A stretch of DNA of 64,000 nt, from assembly GCF_006345805.1 (NCBI RefSeq), contig NC_043000.1, forward strand, positions 51,646,001 to 51,710,000. Reading direction: 5' to 3'. Within the stretch, counting starts at the first letter, position 1. The number at the start of each line of letters is the position of its first letter. A program made the translations under genes and the position numbers. The notes below the pieces were generated by a model that saw nothing but the letters and a program-made list of their open reading frames with translations, had not been told where the DNA came from and made no database searches. Source of the stretch: Octopus sinensis (lineage: Eukaryota). Below are positions 52,511 through 64,000 of the stretch, piece after piece.

Positions 52511-53404
52511 TCAAGTTACTAAACAAAATGTTAGTCAACGCTCTACTTTAACCACCACCACCACCACCACCACCACCACTACCACCACAGCTTGCTTTAG
52601 TCTCTTAAGCTTACTGTGTATTCACGATATTTTGGAGTTAACAGTCGTCTAGTACAGACGTGTCTCTCAGAGAGAGGTGTTTGTGCGTGCGTATGTGTAT
52701 GCATGTAAGTGTATGGATATAAGAAGGTATGCCGAAAAGCTCCTGGCTTTAAGGGTGTGGCGAAATGGCTGTTTCGAAAACCCAGCTTTCCGAGTTCTTT
52801 TACAGGGCTTAGAAAAACTGAAAGGCCACTGCAACAATAGGTATTTGAATTTGAGAGAGGAATATGTTGAATAAAATCATAAATAAATAACTAATCCTCC
52901 TGGATTTACTTTTACCCCAAGCGCCACCCCTTGTATATTTGTGTGTGTGTATACATGAGCATACATACATACATACAATGAGTGTTCGACAATGAGCATT
53001 CGATGAATAGAAATACTCGTTTGATTAACGTCTAAGAGGGTAAGTAATTCATAGCATAGACATGTTGACATAGCATAGACATGAGGTAATTCTCGAAGGA
53101 ATTTTCCGTGAAATAATATGGACCTGTAAAACCAATGTAATCAAAGTTCCTGTCTAGCCAGAATTTATTAGTCACAAGCCTTGAGTCAACCATGCGAAAA
53201 AGGACACTTGCCCAAGATGTGACATTGTGATATCGAATCCGATCGAACTTCTTCAGCACACCATTATATGTGCGCATGCGTGCGTGCGTGCATACACGTG
53301 TGCATTGATCCTGCACATCTGATGAACTAGGTGATTATCGATGTCTCTCACGAGTTTCTTCGCGTATGTATAATCACACATATATACGTATACATATCTT
53401 TCTT

Positions 53405-53454
<50 letters not shown>

Positions 53455-53479
53455 AATACACTTTTCTTCTATTCTTTTA

Positions 53480-53790
53480 TTTGTTTCTGTCATGCAACTG
53501 CGATCATGTGGGAGCACCGCTTTTGGTCGAAGAAATCGACCCCCAGGATTTATTCTTTCTAAATTTGGTACTTATTCTATCGGCTGCATTGGCCGAACCG
53601 TTAAGTTACTGAGACGTAAACACACTAATACCGGTTGTTAAGCAATCACACACACACACACGTGTGTGTCTGTATATATATATGCGACGGGCTTCTTTCA
53701 GTTTCCGTCTACCCAATCCACTCACAAGGCTTTGATCGCATCCAAGGCTTAGTAGAAGATACTCGCCCAGGGTGTCACGCAGTGGGATTG
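53480..53790 (-). mobile_element. SINE family A
   Basis: cgacgggcttctttcagtttccgtctacccaatccactcacaaggctttg..gtcacgcagtgggattg. Confidence 0.75.
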
Positions 53791-53875
53791 CGCCTATATA
53801 TACATCTTCTACATGTATATACCTAATATTTGTGTGTGTATCTTGTACATATATATATACAAAATGTGTGTGTGC

Positions 53876-53935
<60 letters not shown>

Positions 53936-54523
53936 TACACAGCCACTCCGTTATATATTATATACACGTACATACATGCCCGAAACAGTAAGGACTTCTG
54001 GTATACTTGACTGATGAAAGAAGGCTACGAATGACCCGGACTTTTTTTCCTGTCCTTCTAATTGTTGTTTCTCCCGTCCGCCTTTGTATCGTGTCTATCT
54101 GTCCGAATGTTTTATTGCCCTCTATTGCATTTTTGTTCCATTTATATATATATATATGTATGAGAGAGAGAGAGAGAAAGGGAGAGAGACACACCCATAG
54201 GTTGCTAGATTAAAAAATAAACATGAAAGTCGAAATTTAGCCTATGTTATTACATAACTGTATGTGTATTACGAAGATATTGCAGTGCATGCTATATTGA
54301 GTGAAGGCGTAAACTTGGTATCGCGGTTTGTTTACTCTTCTTTACCTAATCACTCATCAACAACGTTCGCGGATCCGTGTATAGTCACACGCATGCGCCA
54401 TCAAAGTTGAAATGTTAAATAATCAGATATAAACACCACAGCAGGTGGAACTCCTACATAATTGGCCCTTCGTGTGTGTGTGTGTGCATGTGCTATGTAT
54501 CTATCATTTAATCTTTTACATGT

Positions 54524-54760
54524 TTCAGTCATTGGACAGCGGCCATGCTAGGGCATTTCCTTGAAGGATTTTAGCTGAGCAAATCGATCTAGTACTTTTA
54601 AAAAAAGTACTGGTACTTATTCTTATCAATCTCTCTTTCGCCGAACCGCTATGTTGCAGGGATATAAACAAATCGACACCGGTTACCAAGCGGTGATGTG
54701 GGGTGATGACAGACACAAGCTCAAGGACATACACACAATATCTGTCTCCTCTCTTTCCCT

Positions 54761-54812
<52 letters not shown>

Positions 54813-54880
54813 CATTCACATACACATACATATACACACAGTTTCTGTCTATCAAATCGACTCAAAAGGATTTGGTTGCC
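54524..54880 (-). mobile_element. SINE family A, 5'-truncated
   Basis: tttcagtcattggacagcggccatgctagggc..cagtttctgtctatcaaatcgactc. Confidence 0.7.
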
Positions 54881-55409
54881 CGGGGTGCGAAATTATTTTC
54901 TCACAAGTGTTCCGGACCCCAGTAATGAACTCATTTGCGTACAGCTAATCAGAGCTCGCCTTGATCTTGTTGTCAAGTTAACAAACGCACTCTACCAAGT
55001 AAACTGAAGTCGCCAAGTACCCCTGATTTTAGAATGAGACAAGTTAATTAGATAGATTTGCATTTATACCTATTATCGGATTTTGTTAGGGCCCCATATG
55101 GTGGGGTGAAGATGTGGATGGTGAAAATGTGAGTTGAGGGCGATGTGCTAGCAATGCTCTTCCCTGCTTTACAAAGTAAACAACACAAATAAATACGCAG
55201 AGGCAGCCATGGTTGAAACAAGAACAAGCATTATTAAAAGAGATAAGAAGCATGATCATTCTTTCCTTACCCAAGTGGCCTTATCTTATCCCCCATCACT
55301 TGTTATGCGCTCATAAATCAGTTTGAGAGTTGAGTTCTGATTGGCTGTATGCAAAGGAATTTATAACTTGGGTCCGGAACTCTCGTGGGAAAACAAATTT
55401 CGCGCCCGG
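54879..55409. mobile_element. Old TIR element/MITE: ~78-bp degenerate inverted repeats flanking ~375 bp
   Basis: cccggggtgcgaaattattttctcacaagtgttccggacccc..tttgcgtacagctaatcagagctc versus gagttctgattggctgtatgcaaa..gggtccggaactctcgtgggaaaacaaatttcgcgcccgg. Confidence 0.6.
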
Positions 55410-55659
55410 TGCTGTAGTACCCCAAGATGTCGCGCAGTAGGGCTGTACGCATAGCTACGTGGTGTGGATGTGTCGATATACTTACACAGTCAAATGAATC
55501 CATATGTAGACAGGTATGAATGTGTGTGTTGTGTGGTGTATATGTTGGTATGTGGATGTGTGTATATATATGTTGGTATGTTTATATATATACTCTCATA
55601 TGTATATATACAAACATAAGGGAAAATGTAGGTAAAAAGTAGGGTTTATTATAATAACA

Positions 55660-55870
55660 GCATCGAACTGGCAGGATCGTTATCTCGCCGGACAATATTC
55701 TTCACAACTTTTTTCACTCTTATTTTTTTTTTAACCTTCTGAATTCAAATTCTGTCAAGATCGACTTTGTCTTTCATCCTTTCGTATTTGATACAATACG
55801 TACCAGTGAAATACTGGGGCCGATGTAATCGACAGACCTCTCCTCTAAAATATCAGGCCTTGTCGCTATA
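55660..55870 (+). mobile_element. SINE family B
   Basis: gaactggcaggatcgtta..gaattcaaattctgtcaagatcgactttgtctttcatcctttcg..gatgtaatcgac. Confidence 0.7.
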
Positions 55871-56011
55871 GTAGAATGGATTATAAATATAGTAATTAAA
55901 ACTGTTTTAATTGCTTTTTCAGTCTCTATATGAGAAATTTATGTTGTTTGAGCAAACTTCCGGTGACACGACTTCCGGTTTTCTTTCTCTATCTCTATTG
56001 CTCTCTCTCTT

Positions 56012-56042
<31 letters not shown>

Positions 56043-56898
56043 TTGTTCATATGTGTTCGTAATTGTGAATATGTATATGACTATACATGTGTATATTACT
56101 CAACTGGTGTTTCCTATTTGAACGCTAGCCGTGTGGTGCTTGCTTTAAGATAAATAAATGAATACAAATATGAATGAATACAAATTTTGCATTTTTCTTC
56201 GACATTGATGGAAAATGATCCTAAGAACTAGGTGTTGTGCCTTGCACACACACACATACACACACAACCACACACACACACAAATTATTTTTATTCGACA
56301 ACAATTGCTCAAAAACCCAAATGGCAAGTTTGGTAAGTGTCATGCACAGAACTATATATACACACACACACGGTAGCTAATGCAGGAACGTTTACGTGGT
56401 CGTTTGTCATGCATGGAATATCATCCATATTTCCTGTAAATCACACCGTCTTAAAAAAGAGGACATGCATTAGGTAATGTCCTAGATTTTTCCTTTAAAA
56501 ACACAGGACGTAGTTGGAAAACCTTTTATAATAGACCTTGCTCGGTCATGGTTGACCTACTAAATAATAAAACACACACACGAGGTAGCACGCACAAGGT
56601 AGCACTTATACAGTCTTTCGAACTACAAGAAACAGCAAACCAAATGCTACGTCACACGATCCGAATTAAGAACAAAAACAACCGGTATAAAATATGGCAT
56701 AAGAGGATGCAGTCTCTGATATACAGAAAAAAAGACGTCTTGCGATGGCTAGAACCTTTCATCTAAATCTAATCTGCGGCTAAGAAAAAGTGTATTATGT
56801 TTCCAGCCAATGAACAATCTCTTTATATATGATTCTCAATCCTTCCTTTCTCAGTTACCTACTCCACTTCATGAATTTTGCCATTTGTCTTACTCGTG

Positions 56899-56929
<31 letters not shown>

Positions 56930-56939
56930 TATATATAGG

Positions 56940-57170
56940 CGCAGGAGGTAAGAAGCTTACTTCCCAACTACCTTGTTCTGTGTTTAGTCCCAGTGTGACA
57001 TCTTGGGCGTCTTTTGCTATACCCTAGGGCTGACCAAAGCTTTGTGAGTGGATTTGGTAGACGGAAACTGAAAGAAGCCCGTCATGAGTGTGTGTTTGTT
57101 GTGTTTACGTCCCCGTAATTTGGCGATTTGGCGAAAGAAGTTGATAGAATAAGTACTAGGCTTAACAAAG
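56940..57170 (+). mobile_element. SINE family A with internal deletion
   Basis: gcgcaggaggtaagaagcttacttccc..gagtggatttggtagacggaaactgaaagaagcccgtc..gatagaataagtactaggctt. Confidence 0.7.
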
Positions 57171-57574
57171 AAACAGATATGTACTGAGGCAAATAAGGAC
57201 TTTTTCTACTGTTCTTTTATCATTTTTACTTGTCTCAATAATTAGACTGAGACCATGCAGGGGCACCATATTGAAGAATTTTTAGTTGAATGAATGTGTT
57301 TGTGTGGGTGTATATAAAACCGCTCTACATAAAACACTTGTGACAATGTCGAACACTATATTTAACATAGCGTGTTAGTGCTAGTTAAACTCCATTCTGT
57401 TTAGCCATTTTCGATCCATGGCATGGGTTATCATGAAGTTATCACGACTTTTTCATGCCGTTATTAACTTATATCTATGTTGGGTTTAAACCCACCTGTA
57501 TCCTGTGTACGCCGATCAGTTGCGGGTTAGTCGCAGTTCACTAACGACTAGCAAAATTTAATATTCACCGGGAT

Positions 57575-57798
57575 CAACGTTGCCATTTAATCCGGCCATA
57601 TCCGGCTCAAATATTCTACTTGTTTTATGTTAAAACTGTCTGGATCCAACCTCTCACACCTACCCTACAATGTCATTTTAAAAATATATAGCCACACAAT
57701 TTAAATTTTGAAGTTGCAAAATAATATGTGATTAATTCAAAACAGTATGAATAAATAAGCAATAAATTTCACAAAGAAATCTGAATGCTAAAGGGTTA
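57575..57798. mobile_element. piggyBac-like MITE, same family as 515-1127
   Basis: Ends ctgaatgctaaagggttaa; the body is the reverse complement of 950-1127. Confidence 0.65.
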
Positions 57799-59879
57799 AG
57801 TATAGTTAACAGTCAAGTATAGGCGTTACTTTAAACGACTTTATGCTAGAAATTATCGAATGCGTGTGTTTGTCTGCGTTGACTGAGGAATAACTCTATG
57901 CATCTGAGTGCAATTTTCTTTTCGCTCGCAAACCATGAGGAATAGATACACAACCGACAACTGATGAAGGGCCCTTTCTTCGTACTTACTTGTCCTGTTC
58001 TCCATTTTTTTTCTCGTTGTTTGCGTCCTTCACTCGTTTTCCCCTCGTTTGTTTACGTATTTCATGTTATTTGCACCGTTGGTGACGTCCTGTACCCATA
58101 TATTCATGTATATATATTATATTATTTACTATTTATAAATATTTAAAATATATATACACTCACACACACACAAACACGTACATAAATGTGTATGTATGTA
58201 CGTACGTACTTATGTAAGTACAGATGTGAAAAAAATAAAAATGCTATTGTCGGCATTTGCACGCGTGTAGCAGTAAGTAGGTGAGACAATGAGGTATCGA
58301 AATACATCAATATACCATTTAAAGTCTTACCAAGTGTTTTTAAATTGATAAAATTTAACCGGAGGGACAAGACAGAAATGTTCGTCTCACAGTTTTCTCT
58401 TTTTTTCTTTGCCTCTCTTTCTCTCTTTCTCTCTCTCCTTCTCTTGCTCTCCCTTATCTCTCTTAGGTTACCTCTCTCTTACTTTCTTTGGGTTACCTCC
58501 TCCTCCTCTCTCTCTCTCTCTCTCTAGCCTCCTAATCTCTAACTTTCCCCCTCACTCACTGTCTGTGTGTCTCTCTCTTTCTCATCGTAATTTTCCTCCA
58601 CTATGTCACAGGGAAAGTTCAACACCTTGTCAGGTGTCGGTGTCGTTGTTAGCGACAGCGTGATCACCACCACCATCATCATCACCACCATCATCATCGT
58701 CATCGTTGTTCTCTTGGAAATTATTACACTTAGATTTCATATTCTCTTTCTGTATTCATCTCTATCTCCTTATATCTTATCCATCTCTTTCTGTCTGCCT
58801 GTTTGTCTGTCTATCACGTGTATACATGTAATATATCTCTGTATTTCATTGTGTGTGTGTATACAACATTGTAACAGTCTAATTCACCACACGTCTTTCT
58901 GTTTACCATATATATAAGGATGCCTTTTCTCTCTCTCCTTAGACACGCGCACACCTGTGTGTAATATATACAGACATTATATATTCGCACGTACATATTA
59001 TGTATACGTACATATTCACCCATCTCACCCGCTTCTCTCTCTCTCCTAGCTGACCAACATCAAAGAAATATACACAATGTAGTTCTTTCATTTGGGAAAT
59101 TCTCTTATGTTAGTCAACACTTTTATTTTACACACACACACACACTCACTCAAACATATGTTGTATTCATATGTGTCCTCTGTATGTGTGTGAGTGTGTG
59201 TATGTGTTACACTCGCACCTGTAGATACATAGGGATACGTATTTTTCAGTTCATTTAGAACTTTTTGTGTTCGTGGGTGAGTGAATGATTGTGCCCATGC
59301 ACGCATACATGCAAGCACGCACACTCACATCCAGTAAGTAGCGTAAGAATTTTATCAACATTCCATTTCATTTCGTGTCGTTAGCTTTCTTAGGGTCAAA
59401 ATTCTTTCGCGTTTCTGTATGTAAAGAATCTGTATACTACTCAAAACAGGCTTGAGAATTAATTCGCTTATTAATTCTCACACCAAGCATGAAAATTCAA
59501 TTTTCTGTGACATTAATTTCAAGTTTTTGGAAATTATTTCCCCATTCTCTTGAGAGTCACTAATAAATTTTACTGCTAGTTATTGTTTTCCTTTCTCCTA
59601 CTAAAAGGTATATTTCAATTTATTTAGTTCTCTTTTACGTATACTATTCACTTCATTACCAATCTATCTAAATTATAGTGTGTGCTTAAGTGCGTGTATA
59701 TACATGTGTGTGTGTGTTCTCATTTTATATTCAACGACCTTTACTGAAGTTGCCATCAGAACATTTAAATTAGAAGAGAACTTTGACACGTTTAAAGGTC
59801 TTGAAGGAATCATGTTAACTCTACACAAGAACGCTTCACTGCTACGCTCAGAGAAACGTGAAACCAGGGGCGAATGTTT

Positions 59880-61260
59880 TAACACTGGAGGATACCAATA
59901 CTGTTGTCATTTATGAAAGAAAATGATAAATTTAAAAAAAAAAAACAAGGAGTGGAGTGAATCTGTTTGTTCCTAAAGTGTGGGTCCTTTCGCCCTTGTT
60001 CATTGCTGGAGAAATCTTGGAACAAGATCGTGCTAAAAAGAAACTGGTCCACTCAATATCAGAAACTATATAGTTACAGTGTGGCTTCTGTAGAGACAGA
60101 GACAGGGTGGACATGATCTTCGTTGCAAGGCAGTTTCAGGAGAATTGTCTGAATGAAATATCAAGTCTTGTTTATTACATTTGCGAATCTATCAAATACT
60201 TTTGATATTGTAAACAAGGAACGTTTGTGGAATGTTCTCAGAAAATTTGGTTGCTCACTCAAATTCGTGTGAACTCCTTCACTATTTACACACAAGGATG
60301 ATGGCTCAAGTTCATTTTGGTGAGCCTTTTATTGTAAGAACAGGAGTTAGGTAAGGTTACGTATTGGCTACCGTTCTGTTTCATATCTGCCTTATTTGTA
60401 TGACCTCCCTCTCCACACACACACACGGAATAATTGAAAGGAGAGCGAAAGTCATTGTTTACTTTTGACTCACCGGAAACTTTTCCAGCATCAGAGGGTT
60501 GCAAGCCATCATCATCAAGCACAGCTCTGAATAAATTGAACGACTGAATGAATGCTGATAGCTGTACTCTAGTAGACCTACGAATCATCGTCTGAGCAAC
60601 TGCTATAGATTATGAAAGAATGAACCTGACAATCAACGTCAAGAAAACTGAGATTATTTGCCAAAGAAACACTGCAACGCCCTCCTACTCTCTCTCCCCA
60701 CGCAGACACACCACACTTTCTCATTGCATCAATTACAGGGCACATCTTTCCGATAGAACACCTAGGCAGTATCATTTCAACGGCTGCTGAGCAAATTCTA
60801 TGTTATCTCAGACAGGCTTCTTTTGGAGACTAATAGTTTTTTTCTAAACATCCACCTTAGCTTCCATACCACTTTCTAGATGCAAATAGTTCATACAACT
60901 GATACATTAGGACTTTGGAGGCTTTTAATATTGTGTGTTTCTAGATGTTATCAGTCTTCTGGTGTGTTAATGCTATGCACACAAAATCTTTCGTCGAACC
61001 AACCCCAACTACATTGAATTCAGAATTGAATTCAAAAACAAACTGAAGTTGAAGTGACATGTCGTGCTCCTCTCTCTTGTCAGATGCTCTACGGTCAACT
61101 GCGCCATGTTCGACGCCTGGCTGAAGGACCAAAGAATCGGGTCAAAGACCTACCGAAGGTCACTTTGAAAAAGAGCAACATCAGTCCTTCAAATGTGCAA
61201 GAGATATCGTTATCCGTCCCACTATCTTCCTTTGAAAGAGGATTAAAGCTAGGAAAGAGA
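59880..61260 (+). mobile_element. Decayed RTE-clade LINE reverse-transcriptase region
   Basis: Frame-shifted pieces read VDMIFVARQFQE, FDIVNKERLWNVLRKFG, GEPFIVRTGVR*GYVLATVLF, LTINVKKTEII, HLGSIIS and QMLYGQLRH.RR. Confidence 0.8.
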
Positions 61261-62414
61261 AACGTATTCAAATACTACAAGGAGAAGCAAGGAAAAGGGT
61301 ATGCACCTAGGTTAATATATGATCTCTCCAACCAACCCTGGCTGTGACCGGAGCTTTGTATCAAGGATTGAAATGTACATCATGAAAGAATACAGAAACA
61401 AAAGAAGAGGTCATCATGGGAGCTGATGGACAAACATCAGATATTCCAGCCGTAACATTGTCTTTTATATTCAAGCATTGTGTATTATTATATTATTCAG
61501 TATGTCCTTTCTTAAAGACAGCATGATATGTTCTGGGGGAGATTTTAGCTGAAATATCCTACGTTTACGATATTTTGAGCGACCACGTAAAGGTTTCTTC
61601 ATTTGTTGTTTGTAGGTTAGCCTTTATTGAAGAGAGTTCGAGCTTTTTTCTACTCTTTCAGACGTCATGTATTCTACTGTTACGTTACTGAGAGTTTAAA
61701 ATGTTATGTTTTAAGACGGTAGGCTGTAATTTAAGGGAAATGTAGCAGCTATTTTTAGGAGCTTGAGCTAAAAATTTGTTTAGTAAAATCAATGTATGTG
61801 TGTGTTGTGTGTAGTGTGAATAACTTGGCGTTGGCGTTTAGCGAGCGGTGAATAGAAATGATTATTAGTTTCCACATGGGATACCTAATTTGCATTTAGT
61901 GCTAGTTTGAGGACTATTTAAAGATGCTGTTTATTTTAACAATGAGCAGAGACAAAAACATTCTTTTTTTTTAACCGAAGGAATATATTAATGATGCTCA
62001 TTTTATCAAGTGCTCACGGAGGGATTACACCGCCGAAATGTAATAAATATATTATTTTCTTCTCTCTCTCTCTCTTTTTTCTCTTTTTCACTTTTTAAAG
62101 ATTTATGCAGCACAGACATTTTGAAAAATTGAAACAATTCAAACAAATCTTGTATCCACATTTGAATTTCAAAAACAAAATATTGATAATTTTATTTCAA
62201 TTGAAGAACAGTCATGAAATATGTTAATATAATTTAACTGTGAAATTTATAAATTCAACAGGGAGCTACTAACATACCTTATCTGGTTTAACCGAGTAAA
62301 CTGGACTGAGGCAAACCATCTTATTATGGAACAAAAAGAAAACAGAATAGCAACCAAATCTCTTAATAGTAAATTCACAATGCATATTATCTTTATTATT
62401 CTTTAACGTTCCGG

Positions 62415-62560
62415 GTTGCGAGCTGGTAGACTCGTTACAGCGTCAGACGAAATTCTTCTAGCACTTTACGTTCTGAGTTCAAAGTCACCTTGGTATTTCA
62501 TCTCTCTGAGGTCTATAGAGTAACGAATCAGCCCAGCATTGGGCTCGATGGATAGTATCT
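62415..62560 (+). mobile_element. SINE family B, degenerate
   Basis: gcgagctggtagactcgtta..acgttctgagttcaaagtcaccttgg. Confidence 0.55.
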
Positions 62561-62589
62561 ACCCGAACTGCTGGACATTATTTGTCTCG

Positions 62590-62812
62590 AGTTCTATGAC
62601 TCATAAGAGCCGGCTACTCAGTTTCCATGGCTAGATAACAACATACCCCGGGACACCAGTCCATTGCAGGATTATTCATGAGTGGACTTGAGCAAAGTGA
62701 AATAAAGTGACTTGCTCAAAAAACACAACGTTCCACCTGACCACCTAATTCGCTAATCGAAATCACTGTTTTGCGATTGTTGGTGTAACGCCCTGATCAC
62801 TAGGTCACGCGC
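62590..62812 (-). mobile_element. SINE family D-related copy
   Basis: ccagtccattgcaggatt..gtgaaataaagtgacttgctcaaaaaacacaacg..ctgatcactaggtcacgcgc. Confidence 0.6.
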
Positions 62813-62826
62813 ATTCTCTCTCCCCA

Positions 62827-62901
<75 letters not shown>

Positions 62902-63884
62902 CTATTGGCGGTGCTCCAGCATGGCTGCAGCATAAGGGCAGAAATAATAAAACTGGATTTGTGTGTATGTGTATGAATTTGAAAACTGGTTGCCGATTTT
63001 GACGTATGAGGTATCAAAAGATTCAATAATCTTTCAGTTACCAAATAAAGTATGTTTTTTTTACACAATAACTCTGTTTTACTACAAAAATAACCTCGCA
63101 AACGAGGTCGGGTCGCGCAATTTTGAGGTCTTTAGCGAAATGAAGCAACTCTGCCTGAACAATTTGATGGAATGAAACTACAAAGATATACTGTCAACTT
63201 TATTAATATTATTTAGTAGATAATCTTTTAATGTGAAGTATGTTTGTGTTTTCTTTGGCCCAGAGTTGCCTTTGATGTAGCATACTCATCGCAGAGATTT
63301 TTTTTTTCTTCCTGAAATACTGTAAATCTGTATCTTTCATTTGATGAAAGGGTATGCTTTAAGAGAGATTTGGCTGCTATCTGTAGTAGCTCAACTTATC
63401 ACAGAAACACCTGTGTGTGTGTGTGTGTGTTTTGTTGTGATGAAAAAAATTTTTTTCTCAGAATATTTTGCACAATAATTTTTAAAGAAATCTGAACATC
63501 TTTCTTACTGCTAACCATTCAATTTCAAATTACAATTGTTAATTGTTGGAAGTAAAGGAGATTGAGATGTATATATAGTGTTATCGTATAGAGTGGAACT
63601 TCAATTTGAAGTTTTGAACTCATTATCTTGTAGTTCGTAATCCATTGCCTTAAATTTGAAGTGATTAAGTAATCCATTGCCTTAAATTAGAAGCGATTAA
63701 GTCTTAAAACATATTTTATTGGGTCTAGTCTTTCGATTGTCGCCATGATGGGGTATCGCCTTCAAAAATTTAGTACGTTTTTCAGTCTGGTATTTATTTT
63801 ATAGATCTCTGCTTGATGAACTTTGAGACATAGTAGCACACAATATTCGATTGAACAACAAATGTAAACACACACACATACATT

Positions 63885-64000
63885 AGGTGCAAGAATGATT
63901 TTGCAGTTGATAAGTTTGCTTCCCAACCACATGGTTCTACGTTCAGTCCCTCTGCATGGAACTTTGGGCAAGTGTTTTCTACTAATAGCCGTAGGCCAAC
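63885..64000 (-). mobile_element. SINE family A head (runs off the window edge)
   Basis: aagtttgcttcccaaccacatggttctacgttcagtccc..ttgggcaagtgttttctactaatagcc reads as the family A head on the + strand; truncated by the window end. Confidence 0.6.

Noticed and set aside
53975-54040. GAAACAGTA ... CTGATGA and similar partial hammerhead pieces (also 34735-34875 and 57961)
   Set aside because: The cores are incomplete or the helices do not pair; at most decayed PLE remnants.
63637-63702. 32-bp tandem duplication (also small ones at ~7110-7180 and ~53045-53085)
   Set aside because: Ordinary slippage duplications with no further structure.

Overview
This is AT-rich eukaryotic (animal) DNA dense in microsatellites and repeats, with one 100-N scaffold gap (36239-36338). 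The tRNA-headed SINE families and the (TA)n/(TATC)n/(CA)n/(AAT)n load match what I recognise from octopus (coleoid cephalopod) genomes; that assignment is recognition, not a search result. There is no prokaryotic operon, rRNA, intact tRNA or CRISPR array. Most listed ORFs are microsatellite or SINE read-through. Supported content: at least four SINE families (many nested in each other), RTE-clade LINE fragments, Lep1/HINE-like non-autonomous Helitrons, TTAA-flanked piggyBac-like MITEs, Penelope-like elements with minimal hammerhead-like motifs, and several fold-back palindromes. The best leads for a second look are: (i) a phase-consistent three-exon model for an unrecognised 90-aa secreted cysteine-rich peptide (39270-52510); (ii) a hammerhead-ribozyme candidate with a complete catalytic core at 8277-8330; (iii) an isolated ORF at 12121 resembling bacterial-type ribosomal protein L17; (iv) a 473-bp near-perfect palindrome inside a SINE's (TA)n tract. 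All gene models come from manual splice-site reading and need RNA-seq.
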